Shown: positions 40,275 through 51,437 of the stretch, in pieces
How the letters are laid out: the number at the start of each line of letters is the position of its first letter
How positions within the stretch are numbered: position 1 is the first letter of the stretch
DNA from: Candidatus Geohabitans tengchongensis
GTDB taxonomy: Bacteria; Sysuimicrobiota; Sysuimicrobiia; Sysuimicrobiales; Humicultoraceae
NCBI GenBank assembly: GCA_031459625.1
Contig: JAVKIH010000003.1
Location: 65,199 to 129,198, forward strand
Length of the DNA stretch: 64,000 nt
Direction of reading: 5' to 3'
The notes under the pieces: generated by a model
What the model saw: the letters and a program-made list of their open reading frames with translations, nothing else
What the model was told of the DNA's origin: nothing
Databases searched by the model: none
Made by a program: the position numbers and the translations under genes

Positions 40275-40352
40275 TGCGGCCGCGCACATGCTGGCCGCGT
40301 ACACCGGTGCAGCCGCGTACACCGCTGCGGCCACGCACACCGGCGCGGCCGC
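40275..40352. repeat. About 4 degenerate 18-bp tandem repeats
   Basis: tgcRgccRcgYacaccgS units between valS and the SPOR gene. Confidence 0.8.
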
Positions 40353-40357
40353 CCGGC

Positions 40358-43060
40358 TCACCCCTGCAGCGCCGCCAGGTGACCTTCCAGGACGCGCGAC
40401 CGCTCGCGCAGCGCCTCCCGCCGCGCGGTCTCCGCCTCCACCACCGGTTGCGGCGCACGCGCCTGGAAGTCCGCACTGCGCAGGCGGCCCTCCACCCGCT
40501 GCAGCTCCGCGCTGACTCGGGCGAGCTCCTGCGCCAGGCGCGCGCGGATGCGGTCGCGGTCGGCCGGCGCCACCGGGAGCAACACCTCCACGCCGTCGGC
40601 CAGCAGCCCCGCCGTCCCCGCCGGCCGCGCCGCCGCCAGGTCCTCCACGGTGAGCGGGTCGGAGCGGGCGAGGGCGGCGATGTAGGGACGCAGGGCCCCC
40701 AGCGTCGGGTGCAGCTCCGCCGGGGCGCGCAGCACGGCGGGGACCCGCGTCCCCGGCGGGACGCCGAGGTCGGCGCGCAGCGAGCGGATGGCGCGCACCA
40801 CCGCCACCAGGCGGTCGCCCGTGGCCTCCACCTCCGGGTCCACCCAGCTCTCCGGCACCTCGGGCCACGGCGCCACCATGATGCTCTCGCCGCGGTGGGG
40901 GAGGCGCTGCCACACCTCCTCGGTGATGAAGGGCATGATCGGGTGGAGCAGCCGCAGGCTCCCTTCCAGCACCGTCCACAGCGTCCAGCGGACCGCCCGG
41001 CGCCGCTCCTCGCGGGCCGGCCCGCCGTCGGGCGCGTAGAGGTCCACCTTGGCCAGCTCCACGTACCAGTCGGCGTAGGTGGACCAGAGGAAGTCGTAGC
41101 AGGCCCGGGCCGCCTTGTCGAACTCGAACCCCTCCAGGTCGTCGGTGACCTCCTGGACGGTGCGGGCGTAGCGGCTCAGCACCCAGAGGTCGAGCGGGGA
41201 GAGGCCCACCGGGGGCGCCGTGCCCTCGGACGGCCCGAAGCCGGCGAGGTGCAGCTGCACGAAGCGGGCGATGTTCCAGATCTTCGTGGTGAAGGTGCGC
41301 ACGTCGTCGAGCATCTTGGCGCTGAAGCGCAGGTCCTGCTGCTGCTGGGAGCAGCGCACCACCAGGGCGAAGCGGAGGACGTCGGCGCCGTAGCCCTGCT
41401 GCTCGACGTAGTCGATAGGGTCGAGACCCGTCCCCAGCGACTTGCTCATCCGCTGCCCCTGCAGGTTGAGCACCGTGGGGTTGATGTAGACGTCGGTGAA
41501 GGGCACCTCCCCGAGGAACTCCAGGCCCATCATGATCATACGGGCCACCCAGAGGTGAATGATGTCCCGCCCCGTCACCAGCACGTCGCCGGGGTAGAAG
41601 TAGCGCAGCTCGGGCGTGGTCTGCGGCCACCCCAGGGTGGCGAAGGGCCACAGCGCGCTGCTGAACCAGGTGTCGAGGATCTGCTCCTCCTGCTCCAGGT
41701 CCGCACCGCCGCAGGCCGGACAGCGCGCCGGCCGCTCCCGCTGGGCCACCATCTCGCGGCACGCCCGGCAGTGCCACACCGGGATGCGGTGCCCCCACCA
41801 CAGCCGCCGGGAGATGTTCCAGTCGCGGATGTGCTCCATCCAGTCCAGGTAGACCCGCGCCCATCGCTCCGGGTGGAAGCGCACCTTCCCCTCGCGCACC
41901 ACCCGGATCGCCGGGGCGGCCAGCGCCTCCATGCGCACGAACCACTGGTCGGTGATGTAGGGCTCCAGCACCGTCTTGCACCGGTCGCACACGCCCACCG
42001 TGGTCGTGTAGGGCTCCTCCCGCTCCAGCAGGCCCTGGCGGCGCAGCGCCTCCACCACCGCGGTGCGGGCGGCGAAGCGGTCCATCCCCGCAAACGCGCT
42101 CGCCGCCTCGCCCGCCATCCGCCCTGCCTCGTCCAGGACCACCAGGGTGGGCAGCCCGTGGTCGGCGCCGATCTCGTAGTCGAGGGGATCGTGGCCGGGC
42201 GTGATCTTCACCGCTCCCGTGCCGAAGTCCGGCTCCACCCGCCGGTCGGCGATCACCGGCACGCGCCGCTCGGCCAGCGGCACGATGACCTCCCGGCCTA
42301 CCAGCGCGGCGTAGCGGGAGTCCTCCGGGTGCACGGCCACCGCCACATCCGCCAGGATCGTCTCGGGGCGCTGGGTGGCGATGACCACCCCCGGGCCGCC
42401 GTCGGCGCCCCGGTAGCGCACGTGGTAGAGCGTCCCCTGCACCTCGCGGTGCTCCACCTCCAGGTCGGAGACGCTGGTGAGGTCGTGGGGGCACCAGTTG
42501 ACCATGCGCTTGCCGTAGTAGATGTAGCCCTTCCGGTAGAGGCGCAGGAACGCCTCCAGGACCGCGTCGCTGTAGGCCGGGTCCATGGTGAAGGTGGCCC
42601 GCGCCCAGTCGCAGGAGAAGCCCAGCCGACGCAGCTGGCTGTAGATGATCTGCTGGTACTTCTCCTTCCAGCTCCAGGCGAACGCCAGGAAGGCCTCGCG
42701 CCCGAGGTCGAAGCGCGTCTTCCCCTCCTTGGCCAGCTCCCGCTCCATCACCACGTGGGTGCCGATGCTGGCGTGGTCCGTGCCCGGCATCCACAGGACG
42801 TTGTAGCCCTGCATGCGCCGCCAGCGGATGAGGACGTCCTGCAAGGTGTTGTTCAGGGCGTGGCCCATGTGCAGGTCGCCGGTGATGTTGGGCAGCGGCA
42901 TCATGATGACGTAGGGCTGGCGGGCGGGATCCACCGGGGCGTGGAAGTAGCCGCGGGACATCCAGACCGCGTACCAGCGCGGCTCCACCGCGGCCGGGTC
43001 GTACACCTTGGGCATGGCCTCGGCCGTCCCCGCCTCCGGCGTCCTCGGGTCCTCTCCCAT
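40358..43060 (-). CDS. valS: Valine--tRNA ligase
   Basis: HMGH, PGTDHA, WNISRRLWWGH, LDTWFSS, RMSKS, C-terminal coiled coil. Confidence 0.98.
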   Translation of the reverse strand: MGEDPRTPEAGTAEAMPKVYDPAAVEPRWYAVWMSRGYFHAPVDPARQPYVIMMPLPNITGDLHMGHALNNTLQDVLIRWRRMQGYNVLWMPGTDHASIGTHVVMERELAKEGKTRFDLGREAFLAFAWSWKEKYQQIIYSQLRRLGFSCDWARATFTMDPAYSDAVLEAFLRLYRKGYIYYGKRMVNWCPHDLTSVSDLEVEHREVQGTLYHVRYRGADGGPGVVIATQRPETILADVAVAVHPEDSRYAALVGREVIVPLAERRVPVIADRRVEPDFGTGAVKITPGHDPLDYEIGADHGLPTLVVLDEAGRMAGEAASAFAGMDRFAARTAVVEALRRQGLLEREEPYTTTVGVCDRCKTVLEPYITDQWFVRMEALAAPAIRVVREGKVRFHPERWARVYLDWMEHIRDWNISRRLWWGHRIPVWHCRACREMVAQRERPARCPACGGADLEQEEQILDTWFSSALWPFATLGWPQTTPELRYFYPGDVLVTGRDIIHLWVARMIMMGLEFLGEVPFTDVYINPTVLNLQGQRMSKSLGTGLDPIDYVEQQGYGADVLRFALVVRCSQQQQDLRFSAKMLDDVRTFTTKIWNIARFVQLHLAGFGPSEGTAPPVGLSPLDLWVLSRYARTVQEVTDDLEGFEFDKAARACYDFLWSTYADWYVELAKVDLYAPDGGPAREERRRAVRWTLWTVLEGSLRLLHPIMPFITEEVWQRLPHRGESIMVAPWPEVPESWVDPEVEATGDRLVAVVRAIRSLRADLGVPPGTRVPAVLRAPAELHPTLGALRPYIAALARSDPLTVEDLAAARPAGTAGLLADGVEVLLPVAPADRDRIRARLAQELARVSAELQRVEGRLRSADFQARAPQPVVEAETARREALRERSRVLEGHLAALQG

Positions 43061-43118
43061 CGTCCACCTCGCTGTGCGTCGGTCCCGTCCCACCCCGTCG
43101 TCGGCGCCGACCAACGAC

Positions 43119-43358
43119 AAACGCCGCCCGCCCCAAGGGCGAAGCGGCGCTCCGCGGTACCACCCTGGTCACCGACCCGGGCGCCCGGGCCGGCAGCTCG
43201 ACGCGCGATCACGGGCGCACCCGGCGGCGGCGCCCGCGAGGCGCGCCTCCGCAGGTCCTCGAGGCGACGTTCAGGCCGTCCGTCGCCGGGAAACCTTGCA
43301 CCCGGTGGGTCTCCCTCGCTCCGGCCGGTGGCGGCCCTACTCCTCCTCGAGTTACCGC
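43119..43358 (-). ncRNA. T-box leader with Val (GUC) specifier
   Basis: T-box AGGGTGGTACCGCG at about 43153-43166, GAGTA in stem I, GAAC-GTC-G specifier at 43266-68, terminator hairpin 43119-51; promoter TTGCGG-17-TATACT at 43361-89. Confidence 0.88.
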
Positions 43359-43416
43359 CCAGTATAGGGAGGTCCCCGGCCCGCCGCAACGGGTCACGCC
43401 GCTCCAGCGTTCGGCG

Positions 43417-44103
43417 TCAAGGCCCGGGGAGGAGCCACCCCGCTTCGCGGCCCTCCTGACGCAGGCTGGCCACGTGCTCGCGCAGGGCCGCCTCGGCCCG
43501 GTCCGGGTCCCGTGAGCGGATCGCCGCGGTAAGCCGGGCCAGCTCACGGAAGGATCGGGTCGTGCGTCCGCGGTTCTGCAGGAGGCGCGCGAGCAGCGGC
43601 CGCAGACGCCCCCGGACCCGCTCGACCGCCCGGGCCAGGATGGGGTTGCCGGCAGCGGAGCCCACCGCGGCGTGGATCGCCTCCTCGGCCGCGGCGAAGA
43701 AGGCCGCGTCGCCGCCCCGCGCCGCCACGCTCACCGTCTTGATGAGCGTGCTGAGCTGTGCCCGGACCTCGGGGGTCGCGCGCTCGGCCGCCCGCCTCGC
43801 GGCCATGCCCCCGACGGCCTCCCACAGGTCGAGGAGCCCGGCGGCGGTCTGTGGGGTCAGGGCCGCCACGACCACCCCTCGCCCCCGCCGTCCCTCCACC
43901 AGTCCCTCGGCCAGGAGGCGGCGGAGAGCGTCGCGCACCGGTGTGCGGCTCACTCCCCAGGCGGCCGCCACTGCCGACTCGCGCACCACCTCCCCCTCCT
44001 GCAGGCGACCGGAAAGGATGGCCTCGCGTAGACGGCGGTAGACCGTCTCCGCGGCGGTTTCCCGCGGGGGGATCGGGCCACCCAGCTCCACGAGATTCGG
44101 CAT
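43417..44103 (-). CDS. GntR family transcriptional regulator (FCD type)
   Basis: GVSRTPVRDAL wHTH; AGNPIL and AIRSRDPDRAEAALREH FCD motifs. Confidence 0.92.
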   Translation of the reverse strand: MPNLVELGGPIPPRETAAETVYRRLREAILSGRLQEGEVVRESAVAAAWGVSRTPVRDALRRLLAEGLVEGRRGRGVVVAALTPQTAAGLLDLWEAVGGMAARRAAERATPEVRAQLSTLIKTVSVAARGGDAAFFAAAEEAIHAAVGSAAGNPILARAVERVRGRLRPLLARLLQNRGRTTRSFRELARLTAAIRSRDPDRAEAALREHVASLRQEGREAGWLLPGP

Positions 44104-44105
44104 TC

Positions 44106-44120
44106 GGTATCCAGAATACA
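44106..44120. promoter_or_regulatory. Probable GntR operator
   Basis: Imperfect palindrome ggtatccagaataca next to the gntR start. Confidence 0.5.
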
Positions 44121-44233
44121 GTACACATGATCCGCCTGCAAGATCCCCGTTGAAATGGGTTGTCAACGGCCCTTGAGCTCCGTTATTGTGGTCTTGAGAG
44201 AGCTTCTGACAGCATTTATTCCGGAGGTGCGGG

Positions 44234-44602
44234 ATGACCTACATCATCGCCGAGCCCTGTATCGGGACCAAGGACCGGTCCTGCGTGGAGGTCTGTCCGG
44301 TCGACTGCATCTACGAGTACGTCGAGGAGGTCGGCGGCTACGTCGTTCCGGACCCGGCCACGGGGGCCGGCCCCGACAAGCAGGTCATCCCCCGGGGGGA
44401 GGCCGTTCATGTCCCGCCCGACGACTTCCCCAAGGAGACCGCCCTCCAGCAGCTCTGGATCCACCCGGAGGAGTGCATCGACTGCGGGGCGTGCGAGTCC
44501 GTCTGCCCGGTGACGGCCATCTTCGCGGAGGCGGACGTCCCCGAGCAGTGGCGCCACTTCATCCCCCTGCAGTACCAGGCCTTCGGCCTGCAGCCGAAGT
44601 AG
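44234..44602 (+). CDS. Dicluster ferredoxin (7Fe type) with internal insertion
   Basis: C-x7-C-x3-CP-x2-C and CIDCGACESVCP; GGAGGT RBS. Confidence 0.92.
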   Translation: MTYIIAEPCIGTKDRSCVEVCPVDCIYEYVEEVGGYVVPDPATGAGPDKQVIPRGEAVHVPPDDFPKETALQQLWIHPEECIDCGACESVCPVTAIFAEADVPEQWRHFIPLQYQAFGLQPK

Positions 44603-44611
44603 CGTAGTCGG

Positions 44612-47050
44612 TCAGCTCACCGGGGGCGGCTCGGGTTGCCGGATCGCCTCCGGCTGCGGGATGGGCCGGTAGGCCGCCGCAGGGATCGTCGTCATCCCAG
44701 GCACCTGGGCCTGCGCCGGAGCCGGGGCGAAGGCCTCGGCCAGCACCTGGTCCATGTGGTCCACCAGCACGATGCGCAGGGCCCGGCGGACGTTGGCCGG
44801 GATCTCGTGCAGGTCCTTCTCGTTCTCCTTCGGGAGGATGACGGTGCGGATGCCCGCCCGGTGGGCGGCCAGAACCTTCTCCTTGACCCCGCCGATGGGC
44901 AGGACCCGCCCGCGCAGGGTGATCTCCCCGGTCATGGCCACGTCTCGCCGCACCGGCCGGCCGGTGAGCGCCGAGGCCAGCGCCGTGGCCATGGTGATCC
45001 CGGCCGACGGCCCCTCCTTGGGCTGCGCCCCGGCCGGGACGTGGATGTGCACGTCCAGCTTGCGGTAGAAGTCCTCCGGCAGGCCCAGCCGCCGCGCCCG
45101 TGAGCGGACGTAGGAGAGCGCCGCCTGGCCGGACTCCTTCATCACCTCGCCCAGCTGCCCGGTGAGGATGAGCTTCCCCTCCCCCGGCATCAGCGTGGCC
45201 TCGACGCTGGTGACGTCCCCGCCCATCTCCGTGTAGACGAGCCCGGTGGCCACCCCGACCTCGTCCTCCTTCTCCAGGCTCCCGAAGCGGAAGCGCGGCG
45301 GCCCCAGGAACTTGTGCAGGGTGGCCACGGTGACGCGGACCTGGCGGGTGGACCCGCGGGCCACCTCGGTGGCCACCTTCCGGCAGATCGTCCCGATCTC
45401 CCGCTCCAGGTTGCGGACCCCGGCCTCCCGCGTGTACTCCCGGACGATGCGCCGCAGCGCCGCCTCGGTGAACTGCACGTGCTGCTCGGTCAGCCCCGTG
45501 GCCTTGCGCTGCTTGGGAATGAGGAACTGCTCGGCGATGCGGACCTTCTCCTCCTCGGTGTAGCCGGGGAAGCGGATGACCTCCATCCGGTCGCGCAGCG
45601 CCGGCGGCACCGTGTCCAGGATGTTGGCCGTGGTGATCCACATGACCTCGCTGAGGTCCAGGGCCAGCTCCAGGTAGTGGTCGCTGAAGGCGTGGTTCTG
45701 CTCCGGGTCGAGCGCCTCCAGCAGCGCCGCCGAGGGGTCCCCGCGGAAGTCCACGCCGAGCTTGTCGATCTCGTCCAGCATGAAGACGGGGTTGCGGCTG
45801 CCGGCCTGCTTCAGCCCCTGGACGATCCGCCCCGGCAGCGCCCCCACGTAGGTACGCCGGTGGCCGCGGATCTCCGCCTCGTCCCGCACGCCGCCGAGCG
45901 AGACCCGCACGAACTTCCGCCCCAGCGCCCGGGCGATGGACTTGCCCAGCGAGGTCTTCCCCACGCCGGGCGGGCCGACGAAGCACAGGATGGGGCCCTT
46001 GCTCTCCCGGGCCAGCTTGCGCACGGCCAGGTACTCGATGACCCGCTCCTTGGCCTTGGTCAGGCCGTAGTGGTCCTCGTCCAGGATCCGCCGCGCCTCG
46101 TCGATGTCCAGGCGGTCCTCGGTGGTCACCGACCAGGGGATGGCCAGGATCCAGTCGAGGTAGGTGCGGACCACCACCGCCTCGGCCACCATGGGCGGCA
46201 TCTTCTCCAGCCGGGCCAGCTCCTCCAGGGCCTTCTCCTTGACGTGGGCGGGGAGGTTGGCCGCCTCGATCTTCTTGCGGTACTCGGCCGCCTCAGCCTG
46301 GCGCTCGTCGCTCTCCCCCAGCTCCTGCTGGATGGCCTTCATCTGCTCCTTGAGGAAGTACTCCCGCTGGGACTTCTCCATCTGCTTGCGGACGCGGTTC
46401 TGGATCTTCCGCTCCAGCTCGAGGATGGAGATCTCCCGCGAGAGCAACTGCCCCAGCTTCTCCAGGCGCTCCTGGGGCGGCGCCTCGAGCAGCTCCTGGC
46501 GCTCCTCCAGCTTGAGGTTGAGGTGCTGCGCCACCAGGTCGGCCAGCCGGCCCGGCTCCTCCGCCTGCATGATGGTGACGAACTGGTCGGGCGGCACCGC
46601 CCGGGACAGCCGGGCGAAGCGCTCGAAGGAGGCGGAGAGCCCGCGCACCAGGGCCTCCACCTCCAGGCTCCGCTCCACCACGTCGGGTCGGGCGGCGATG
46701 CGCACCGCGAAGTAGGGCTCGGTGTGGAGGTACTCCAGGATCTCGGCCCGGACCACGCCCTCCACGATCACCTGCAGGACGCCGTCCGGCTGCTTGCCCA
46801 CCTGCAGGATGCGGCACACCGTCCCCACCCGGTGGATGTCGTCGGGGGTGGGATCCTCGATGTCGTCCTGCCGCTGGGCGACCAGGAGGATGAGCTTCTC
46901 CCCCTCCGCCCCCAGCGCCGCCTCCAGGGCCCGCAGCGACTTGGGCCGCCCCACCCCCAGGCCCTGGGCCTGGTGGGGGAAGACGATGGTGCCCTTCAGC
47001 GGCAGGAGCGGCAGGGTCTCCCGGGCCACGGCCGTCATCTCCGTGCTCAT
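44612..47050 (-). CDS. lon: ATP-dependent protease La
   Basis: [30 protein letters not shown]. Confidence 0.98.
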   Translation of the reverse strand: MSTEMTAVARETLPLLPLKGTIVFPHQAQGLGVGRPKSLRALEAALGAEGEKLILLVAQRQDDIEDPTPDDIHRVGTVCRILQVGKQPDGVLQVIVEGVVRAEILEYLHTEPYFAVRIAARPDVVERSLEVEALVRGLSASFERFARLSRAVPPDQFVTIMQAEEPGRLADLVAQHLNLKLEERQELLEAPPQERLEKLGQLLSREISILELERKIQNRVRKQMEKSQREYFLKEQMKAIQQELGESDERQAEAAEYRKKIEAANLPAHVKEKALEELARLEKMPPMVAEAVVVRTYLDWILAIPWSVTTEDRLDIDEARRILDEDHYGLTKAKERVIEYLAVRKLARESKGPILCFVGPPGVGKTSLGKSIARALGRKFVRVSLGGVRDEAEIRGHRRTYVGALPGRIVQGLKQAGSRNPVFMLDEIDKLGVDFRGDPSAALLEALDPEQNHAFSDHYLELALDLSEVMWITTANILDTVPPALRDRMEVIRFPGYTEEEKVRIAEQFLIPKQRKATGLTEQHVQFTEAALRRIVREYTREAGVRNLEREIGTICRKVATEVARGSTRQVRVTVATLHKFLGPPRFRFGSLEKEDEVGVATGLVYTEMGGDVTSVEATLMPGEGKLILTGQLGEVMKESGQAALSYVRSRARRLGLPEDFYRKLDVHIHVPAGAQPKEGPSAGITMATALASALTGRPVRRDVAMTGEITLRGRVLPIGGVKEKVLAAHRAGIRTVILPKENEKDLHEIPANVRRALRIVLVDHMDQVLAEAFAPAPAQAQVPGMTTIPAAAYRPIPQPEAIRQPEPPPVS

Positions 47051-47225
47051 CCAGCCTCCTCTACCCGATCTGTGCCCATAAAGAGAAAACGGGGCGCCCC
47101 CCGCCCCCTGTTCCCTGCCTCTGGCGCTACTTCCAGGATACCAGGGCGGCCGGCAGCCCGCCAGATCGGCGCGGGGCCCCGGGCCGGCCGGACCATCCCG
47201 CAGCGGCCCGGCGCCGCGACGGCCC

Positions 47226-48494
47226 TCAGGAGGCCGGCTTCTCCTTGGCCAGGCGGCGCAGGTCGGCCGAGGTGAGCAGGATGGGGTCGCGCCGCCGCAG
47301 CACCGCCTCCTCCGTGACGACGCAGCGCTTCACGTCGGTGCGGGAGGGGATGTCGTACATGATGTTGAGCATGATCTCCTCGATGATGGTGCGCAGCCCG
47401 CGTGCCCCCGTGTTGCGGGCCATGGCCTCGCGCGCGATGGCCCGCAGGGCGTCGTCGGTGAAGATCAGCTCCACCCCGTCCATGTCGAGGATCTTCTGGT
47501 ACTGCCGCACCAGGGCGTTGCGCGGCTCCACCAGGATGCGGATGAGGTCGGCCTCCTCCAGGGGGTCGAGGGGGACGATGATGGGCAACCGGCCGACGAA
47601 CTCCGGGATCATGCCGTAGCGCAGCAGGTCCTGGGGCATGACCTTGCTGAGCGTTTCCCCCAGCCGCCGCTTGGCCCGGGACTCCACGTGCGCACCGAAG
47701 CCCATGCTGCTCTGGCGCACGCGCGTCTCGATGATCCGCTCCAGCCCGTCGAAGGCCCCGCCGCAGATGAAGAGGATGTTCGTCGTGTCGATCTGGATGA
47801 ACTCCTGGTGGGGGTGCTTCCGTCCGCCCTGCGGCGGGACGTTGGCCACCGTCCCCTCCAGGATCTTCAGCAGCGCCTGCTGCACCCCCTCGCCGGAGAC
47901 GTCACGGGTGATGGAGGGGTTCTCGCTCTTGCGGGCGATCTTGTCGACCTCGTCGATGTAGATGATGCCGCGCTCGGCCTTCTTGATGTCGTAGTCGGCC
48001 GCCTGGATCAGGCGCAGGAGGATGTTCTCCACGTCCTCGCCCACGTAGCCGGCCTCGGTGAGCGAGGTGGCGTCGGCGATGGCGAAGGGGACGTCGAGGA
48101 TGCGGGCCAGGGTCTGGGCCAGCAGCGTCTTGCCGCACCCGGTGGGGCCGATGAGCAGGATGTTGGACTTCTGCAGCTCCACGTCGTTGGGGCGGCGGGA
48201 GCCGATGCGCTTGTAGTGGTTGTAGACGGCCACCGCCAGGGCCTTCTTGGCCCGGTCCTGGCCGACGACGTACTGGCAGAGGGTGTCGTAGATCTCCCGG
48301 GGCTTGGGAGTGGTGCGGACGGGGCCGGGGGCCTCCTCGGCGGAGAACTCCTCCTCGATGATCTCGTTGCACAGCTCGATGCACTCGTCGCAGATGTACA
48401 CCCCCGGCCCGGCCACGAGCTTGCGCACCTGCTCCTGGGACTTGCCGCAGAAGGAGCACTTGAGCCGCTCGCGCTCGTCGCCGAACCGGAACAT
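47226..48494 (-). CDS. clpX: Clp protease ATP-binding subunit ClpX
   Basis: CSFC...CDEC zinc finger, [16 protein letters not shown]; start ATG 48494. Confidence 0.98.
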   Translation of the reverse strand: MFRFGDERERLKCSFCGKSQEQVRKLVAGPGVYICDECIELCNEIIEEEFSAEEAPGPVRTTPKPREIYDTLCQYVVGQDRAKKALAVAVYNHYKRIGSRRPNDVELQKSNILLIGPTGCGKTLLAQTLARILDVPFAIADATSLTEAGYVGEDVENILLRLIQAADYDIKKAERGIIYIDEVDKIARKSENPSITRDVSGEGVQQALLKILEGTVANVPPQGGRKHPHQEFIQIDTTNILFICGGAFDGLERIIETRVRQSSMGFGAHVESRAKRRLGETLSKVMPQDLLRYGMIPEFVGRLPIIVPLDPLEEADLIRILVEPRNALVRQYQKILDMDGVELIFTDDALRAIAREAMARNTGARGLRTIIEEIMLNIMYDIPSRTDVKRCVVTEEAVLRRRDPILLTSADLRRLAKEKPAS

Positions 48495-48529
48495 CCCGTC
48501 CACGGGCACGTCGCCCCCGCCCGTCCCGC

Positions 48530-49132
48530 CTACTTCACCGCCACGGCCTTGCGCGGGACGATGATCTCGTCGATGATGCCGTACTCCTTGGCCTGCTCGG
48601 CGCTCATCCAGAAGTTGCGGTCGGTGTCGCGCTCGATGCGCTCCAGGGGCTGCCCGGTGTGGCGCGCCAGGATCTCGTTCATGAGCTGGCGCAGCCGGAT
48701 GACCTCCCGGGCCTGGATGTCGATGTCCACGGCCTGACCCTGCGCCCCTCCCCAGGGCTGGTGGATCATGATGCGGGAGTACGGCAGGGAGGAGCGCTTG
48801 CCCTTCGTCCCCCCGGCCAGGACCAGCGCGCCGCCGCTGGCGGCCAGCCCTACGCACACCGTCTGCACGTCCGGACGGACGTACTGCATCGTGTCGTAGA
48901 TGGCCAGCGAGGAGATCAGGTCCCCCCCCGGGCTGTTCACGTACATGATGATGTCCTTGTCGGGGTCGTCCCCCTCCAGGAAGAGCAGCTGGGCGATGAC
49001 CAGGTTGGCGACGTCGTCGTCGATGGGCCCGCCCAGGAAGACAATGCGCTCCTTCAGCAGACGGGAGTAGATGTCGTAGCCGCGCTCGCCGCGCGGCGTG
49101 GACTCGATGACGTACGGGATCAGCGGTGGCAT
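48530..49132 (-). CDS. clpP: Clp protease proteolytic subunit
   Basis: [23 protein letters not shown]. Confidence 0.97.
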   Translation of the reverse strand: MPPLIPYVIESTPRGERGYDIYSRLLKERIVFLGGPIDDDVANLVIAQLLFLEGDDPDKDIIMYVNSPGGDLISSLAIYDTMQYVRPDVQTVCVGLAASGGALVLAGGTKGKRSSLPYSRIMIHQPWGGAQGQAVDIDIQAREVIRLRQLMNEILARHTGQPLERIERDTDRNFWMSAEQAKEYGIIDEIIVPRKAVAVK

Positions 49133-49135
49133 GTC

Positions 49136-50431
49136 TCAGGCATCCTCCTCGCGCGTCTCCGTCGGTGGGGGCGCAGGCGCCTCGGCGGCGGCCAGCCCCA
49201 GGAGGAACTGCACGGTCTTGCGGCGCCGGAGCGAGGCCGCCAGCGCGTCGCGGCGCCCTTCCCGGGCGAGCCACTCGCGCACGCGTGACGCGTCCTGCCC
49301 GAGACTCTGCGCAAGGTTCTCTACCTCCGCAGCCATCTCCTCCTCCGTGGGCTCGAGCCCCTCGCGGCGCGCGATGGCGTCCAGGACGAGCCGGGTGCGC
49401 AGGCGCCCCTCCGCCGCCGCGGTCAGGTCCGCCTCCACCTCTTCCATACTCTTCTCGGCCGCCCGGCGGTAGGTTTCCAGGGTCAGGCCCCGCCGCCGCA
49501 GCGACGCCTCCAGGTCCTCCCGCAGGTGCGCCACCTCGTGCGCCACCATCGAGCGCGGCAGGTCCACGGTGCCCCGGCGGAGCACCTCGCGCAGCACGGC
49601 CTCCGCGTAGGCCTCCTCGGCCCGGCGGGCGGCGTCGGCGGCCAGCCGGCTCTCCACCTGGGCTCGCAGCGCCGCCAGGCTCTCCGCCCCCTCCAGCCTG
49701 GCCAGCGCGTCGTCCAGGGGCGGGAGCTCGCGGCGCTTCACGTCACTCACCAGAACCACGAGGACCTCGTCGCTATTCCCCCGGGGCAGGCGGCGCTCCT
49801 CGCCGGGGCGGGCGCCCACCAGCCCCTGCTCCAGGGCCTCCGGGTAGGTGCCGCTGCCGATCTCCACTAGGTACTCTTTGCCCGCCTGCAGCCGCCCCGC
49901 CCCCGCCGGACCCTCCAGGACCCGGATCAGGACGAAGTCCCCGGGCGCGGCCGGCTCCCCCGAGGCGACCAGCGTGGCATGGCGCAGGCGCAGGTCCTCC
50001 AGCGCGCGGTCCACCACCCCCTCCTCGAGCGTCTGCGCGGGGCGCGGGACGCGCACCTCCCGGTAGGGGCCGGGGTCGACCTCGGGTGCCACCTCCACGG
50101 TGGCGGTGAAGCGCAGCGGGGCGTCGGGCGAGACCTGCCGCTCGTCCACGTCGATCTCGGGGCGGCTGATCGGTTCCAGCCCCACCTGCTCCATCGCCTG
50201 GAAGACGGTACGGGGCAGGAGGAGCTTGAGGGTCTCATCCACGACCCCGTCGCGGCCGACGTAGCGCTCGACCAGGGCGGCCGGCGCACGACCGCGGCGG
50301 AAGCCGGGGATGTTCACCCGGTGGGCCAGGCGGCGGTGCGCCTCGCGCATCGCCTCGGCCACCGCTTCCGCCGGGAGCTCCACCTCCAGGACCGCCCGGC
50401 TCTGGGGTTCCCGCCGCACTTCGACCTTCAT
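49136..50431 (-). CDS. tig: Trigger factor
   Basis: [10 protein letters not shown] ribosome-binding motif; tig-clpP-clpX-lon synteny. Confidence 0.95.
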   Translation of the reverse strand: MKVEVRREPQSRAVLEVELPAEAVAEAMREAHRRLAHRVNIPGFRRGRAPAALVERYVGRDGVVDETLKLLLPRTVFQAMEQVGLEPISRPEIDVDERQVSPDAPLRFTATVEVAPEVDPGPYREVRVPRPAQTLEEGVVDRALEDLRLRHATLVASGEPAAPGDFVLIRVLEGPAGAGRLQAGKEYLVEIGSGTYPEALEQGLVGARPGEERRLPRGNSDEVLVVLVSDVKRRELPPLDDALARLEGAESLAALRAQVESRLAADAARRAEEAYAEAVLREVLRRGTVDLPRSMVAHEVAHLREDLEASLRRRGLTLETYRRAAEKSMEEVEADLTAAAEGRLRTRLVLDAIARREGLEPTEEEMAAEVENLAQSLGQDASRVREWLAREGRRDALAASLRRRKTVQFLLGLAAAEAPAPPPTETREEDA

Positions 50432-50552
50432 CGCCTCGGCCACTTCGGCTCCTCCCCGCGGGCCCTTCGCCACCGCACGGCCTGCGTCGCGCGCCCGCTC
50501 CGCTCCGGGCTTGGGACGTCCCTGACCAACACGGACCCCGACGGCCCGGAAC

Positions 50553-50590
50553 GAAAGAGCGGCCCGGGGCACCGCCCCGACGGCCGCCTC
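50553..50590 (-). terminator. Terminator after tRNA-Leu
   Basis: Minus strand gcggcc..ggggc/gcccc..ggccgc followed by tctttcgtt. Confidence 0.6.
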
Positions 50591-50618
50591 CGGCGTCCAG
50601 CCGCCCTCCGCGCCGCAC

Positions 50619-50706
50619 TGGTGCGGGCGGAGGGATTCGAACCCCCACCGGCTCGCGCCGACCAGATCCTAAGTCTGGCGCCTGTACCTGATTCGGCTAC
50701 GCCCGC
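50619..50706 (-). tRNA. tRNA-Leu (anticodon UAG)
   Basis: Cloverleaf with long variable arm, CU-UAG-GA loop, encoded CCA. Confidence 0.95.
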
Positions 50707-50718
50707 GCCACGTCACCC

Positions 50719-50794
50719 TGGAGGGCCGTGAGGGACTCGAACCCCCAACACGAGGCTTAAGAGGCCCCTGCTCTGCCTGTTGAGCTAACGGCCC
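50719..50794 (-). tRNA. tRNA-Lys (anticodon CUU)
   Basis: 76 nt, CU-CUU-AA loop, encoded CCA; TATAAT upstream at 50810-15. Confidence 0.95.
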
Positions 50795-50844
50795 TCACAC
50801 CAACCTCTCATTATAGCGGGGGCGGGTCGGCGCTCAACCCGGAG

Positions 50845-51168
50845 CTACCCGGGCAGGACCACGTGCTCCTCCAGGACCACCGTCCCCGAGGCGCGGGTGA
50901 AGCGGCCCAGGTCGGCCAGGATCTCCCGCACCTCGGGCGAACGGACGTCGGCGTCGAACTCCTCGCGGGAGGCCCACGTGAGCTCGGCCAGGCCGTCGAA
51001 GGGGGCCTCGCCGCGGGGGAGCGTGCCCACCACCCGCCGCACGACGTAACGCTGCAGCCGGGTGTAGACGCGCCGGACCAGCGTCGCGTGCGGGCCCAGC
51101 CAGTAGGCCAGGAACGCCTCGTCGCTCATCCCTTCCGCCTTGCACACCCAGGTGGCGATGGTGAACAT
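50845..51168 (-). CDS. EthD family dimeric alpha-beta barrel protein
   Basis: GMSDEAFLAYW..H and FDGLAELTW motifs. Confidence 0.85.
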   Translation of the reverse strand: MFTIATWVCKAEGMSDEAFLAYWLGPHATLVRRVYTRLQRYVVRRVVGTLPRGEAPFDGLAELTWASREEFDADVRSPEVREILADLGRFTRASGTVVLEEHVVLPG

Positions 51169-51237
51169 GGCGCGTCCTTCCCCGCACGACCCCTCTCCTC
51201 CTCCCCGCCGACCGGCCCGGTCTGGTACACTGGGCGA

Positions 51238-51315
51238 GGGCCCGTAGCTCAGCTGGACAGCAGCGACGCCCTTCGAAGGCGTAGGTCGGGGGTTCGAGTC
51301 CCTCCGGGCCCGCCA
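51238..51315 (+). tRNA. tRNA-Arg (anticodon UCG)
   Basis: acgcc-CT-TCG-AA-ggcgt arm, GTTCGAGT T-loop, encoded CCA. Confidence 0.93.
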
Positions 51316-51437
51316 CCCTCCCGTGGTCGACTGCTCCTTCCCCCCGCTCGTCGCCTCACTTTTCAGAAGACTGATTGGACGGCCTCATCCCCCGGGTACC
51401 TACGTTTCTGACACCCGTGCGGATCCGTCCGCCATCC

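Noticed and set aside
40275..40352. Possible CRISPR array
   Set aside because: Units are contiguous and degenerate with no spacers; no cas genes in the window.
47076..47145. Terminator-like hairpin in the lon leader as an attenuator
   Set aside because: Short imperfect stem; more simply a weak terminator after clpX.
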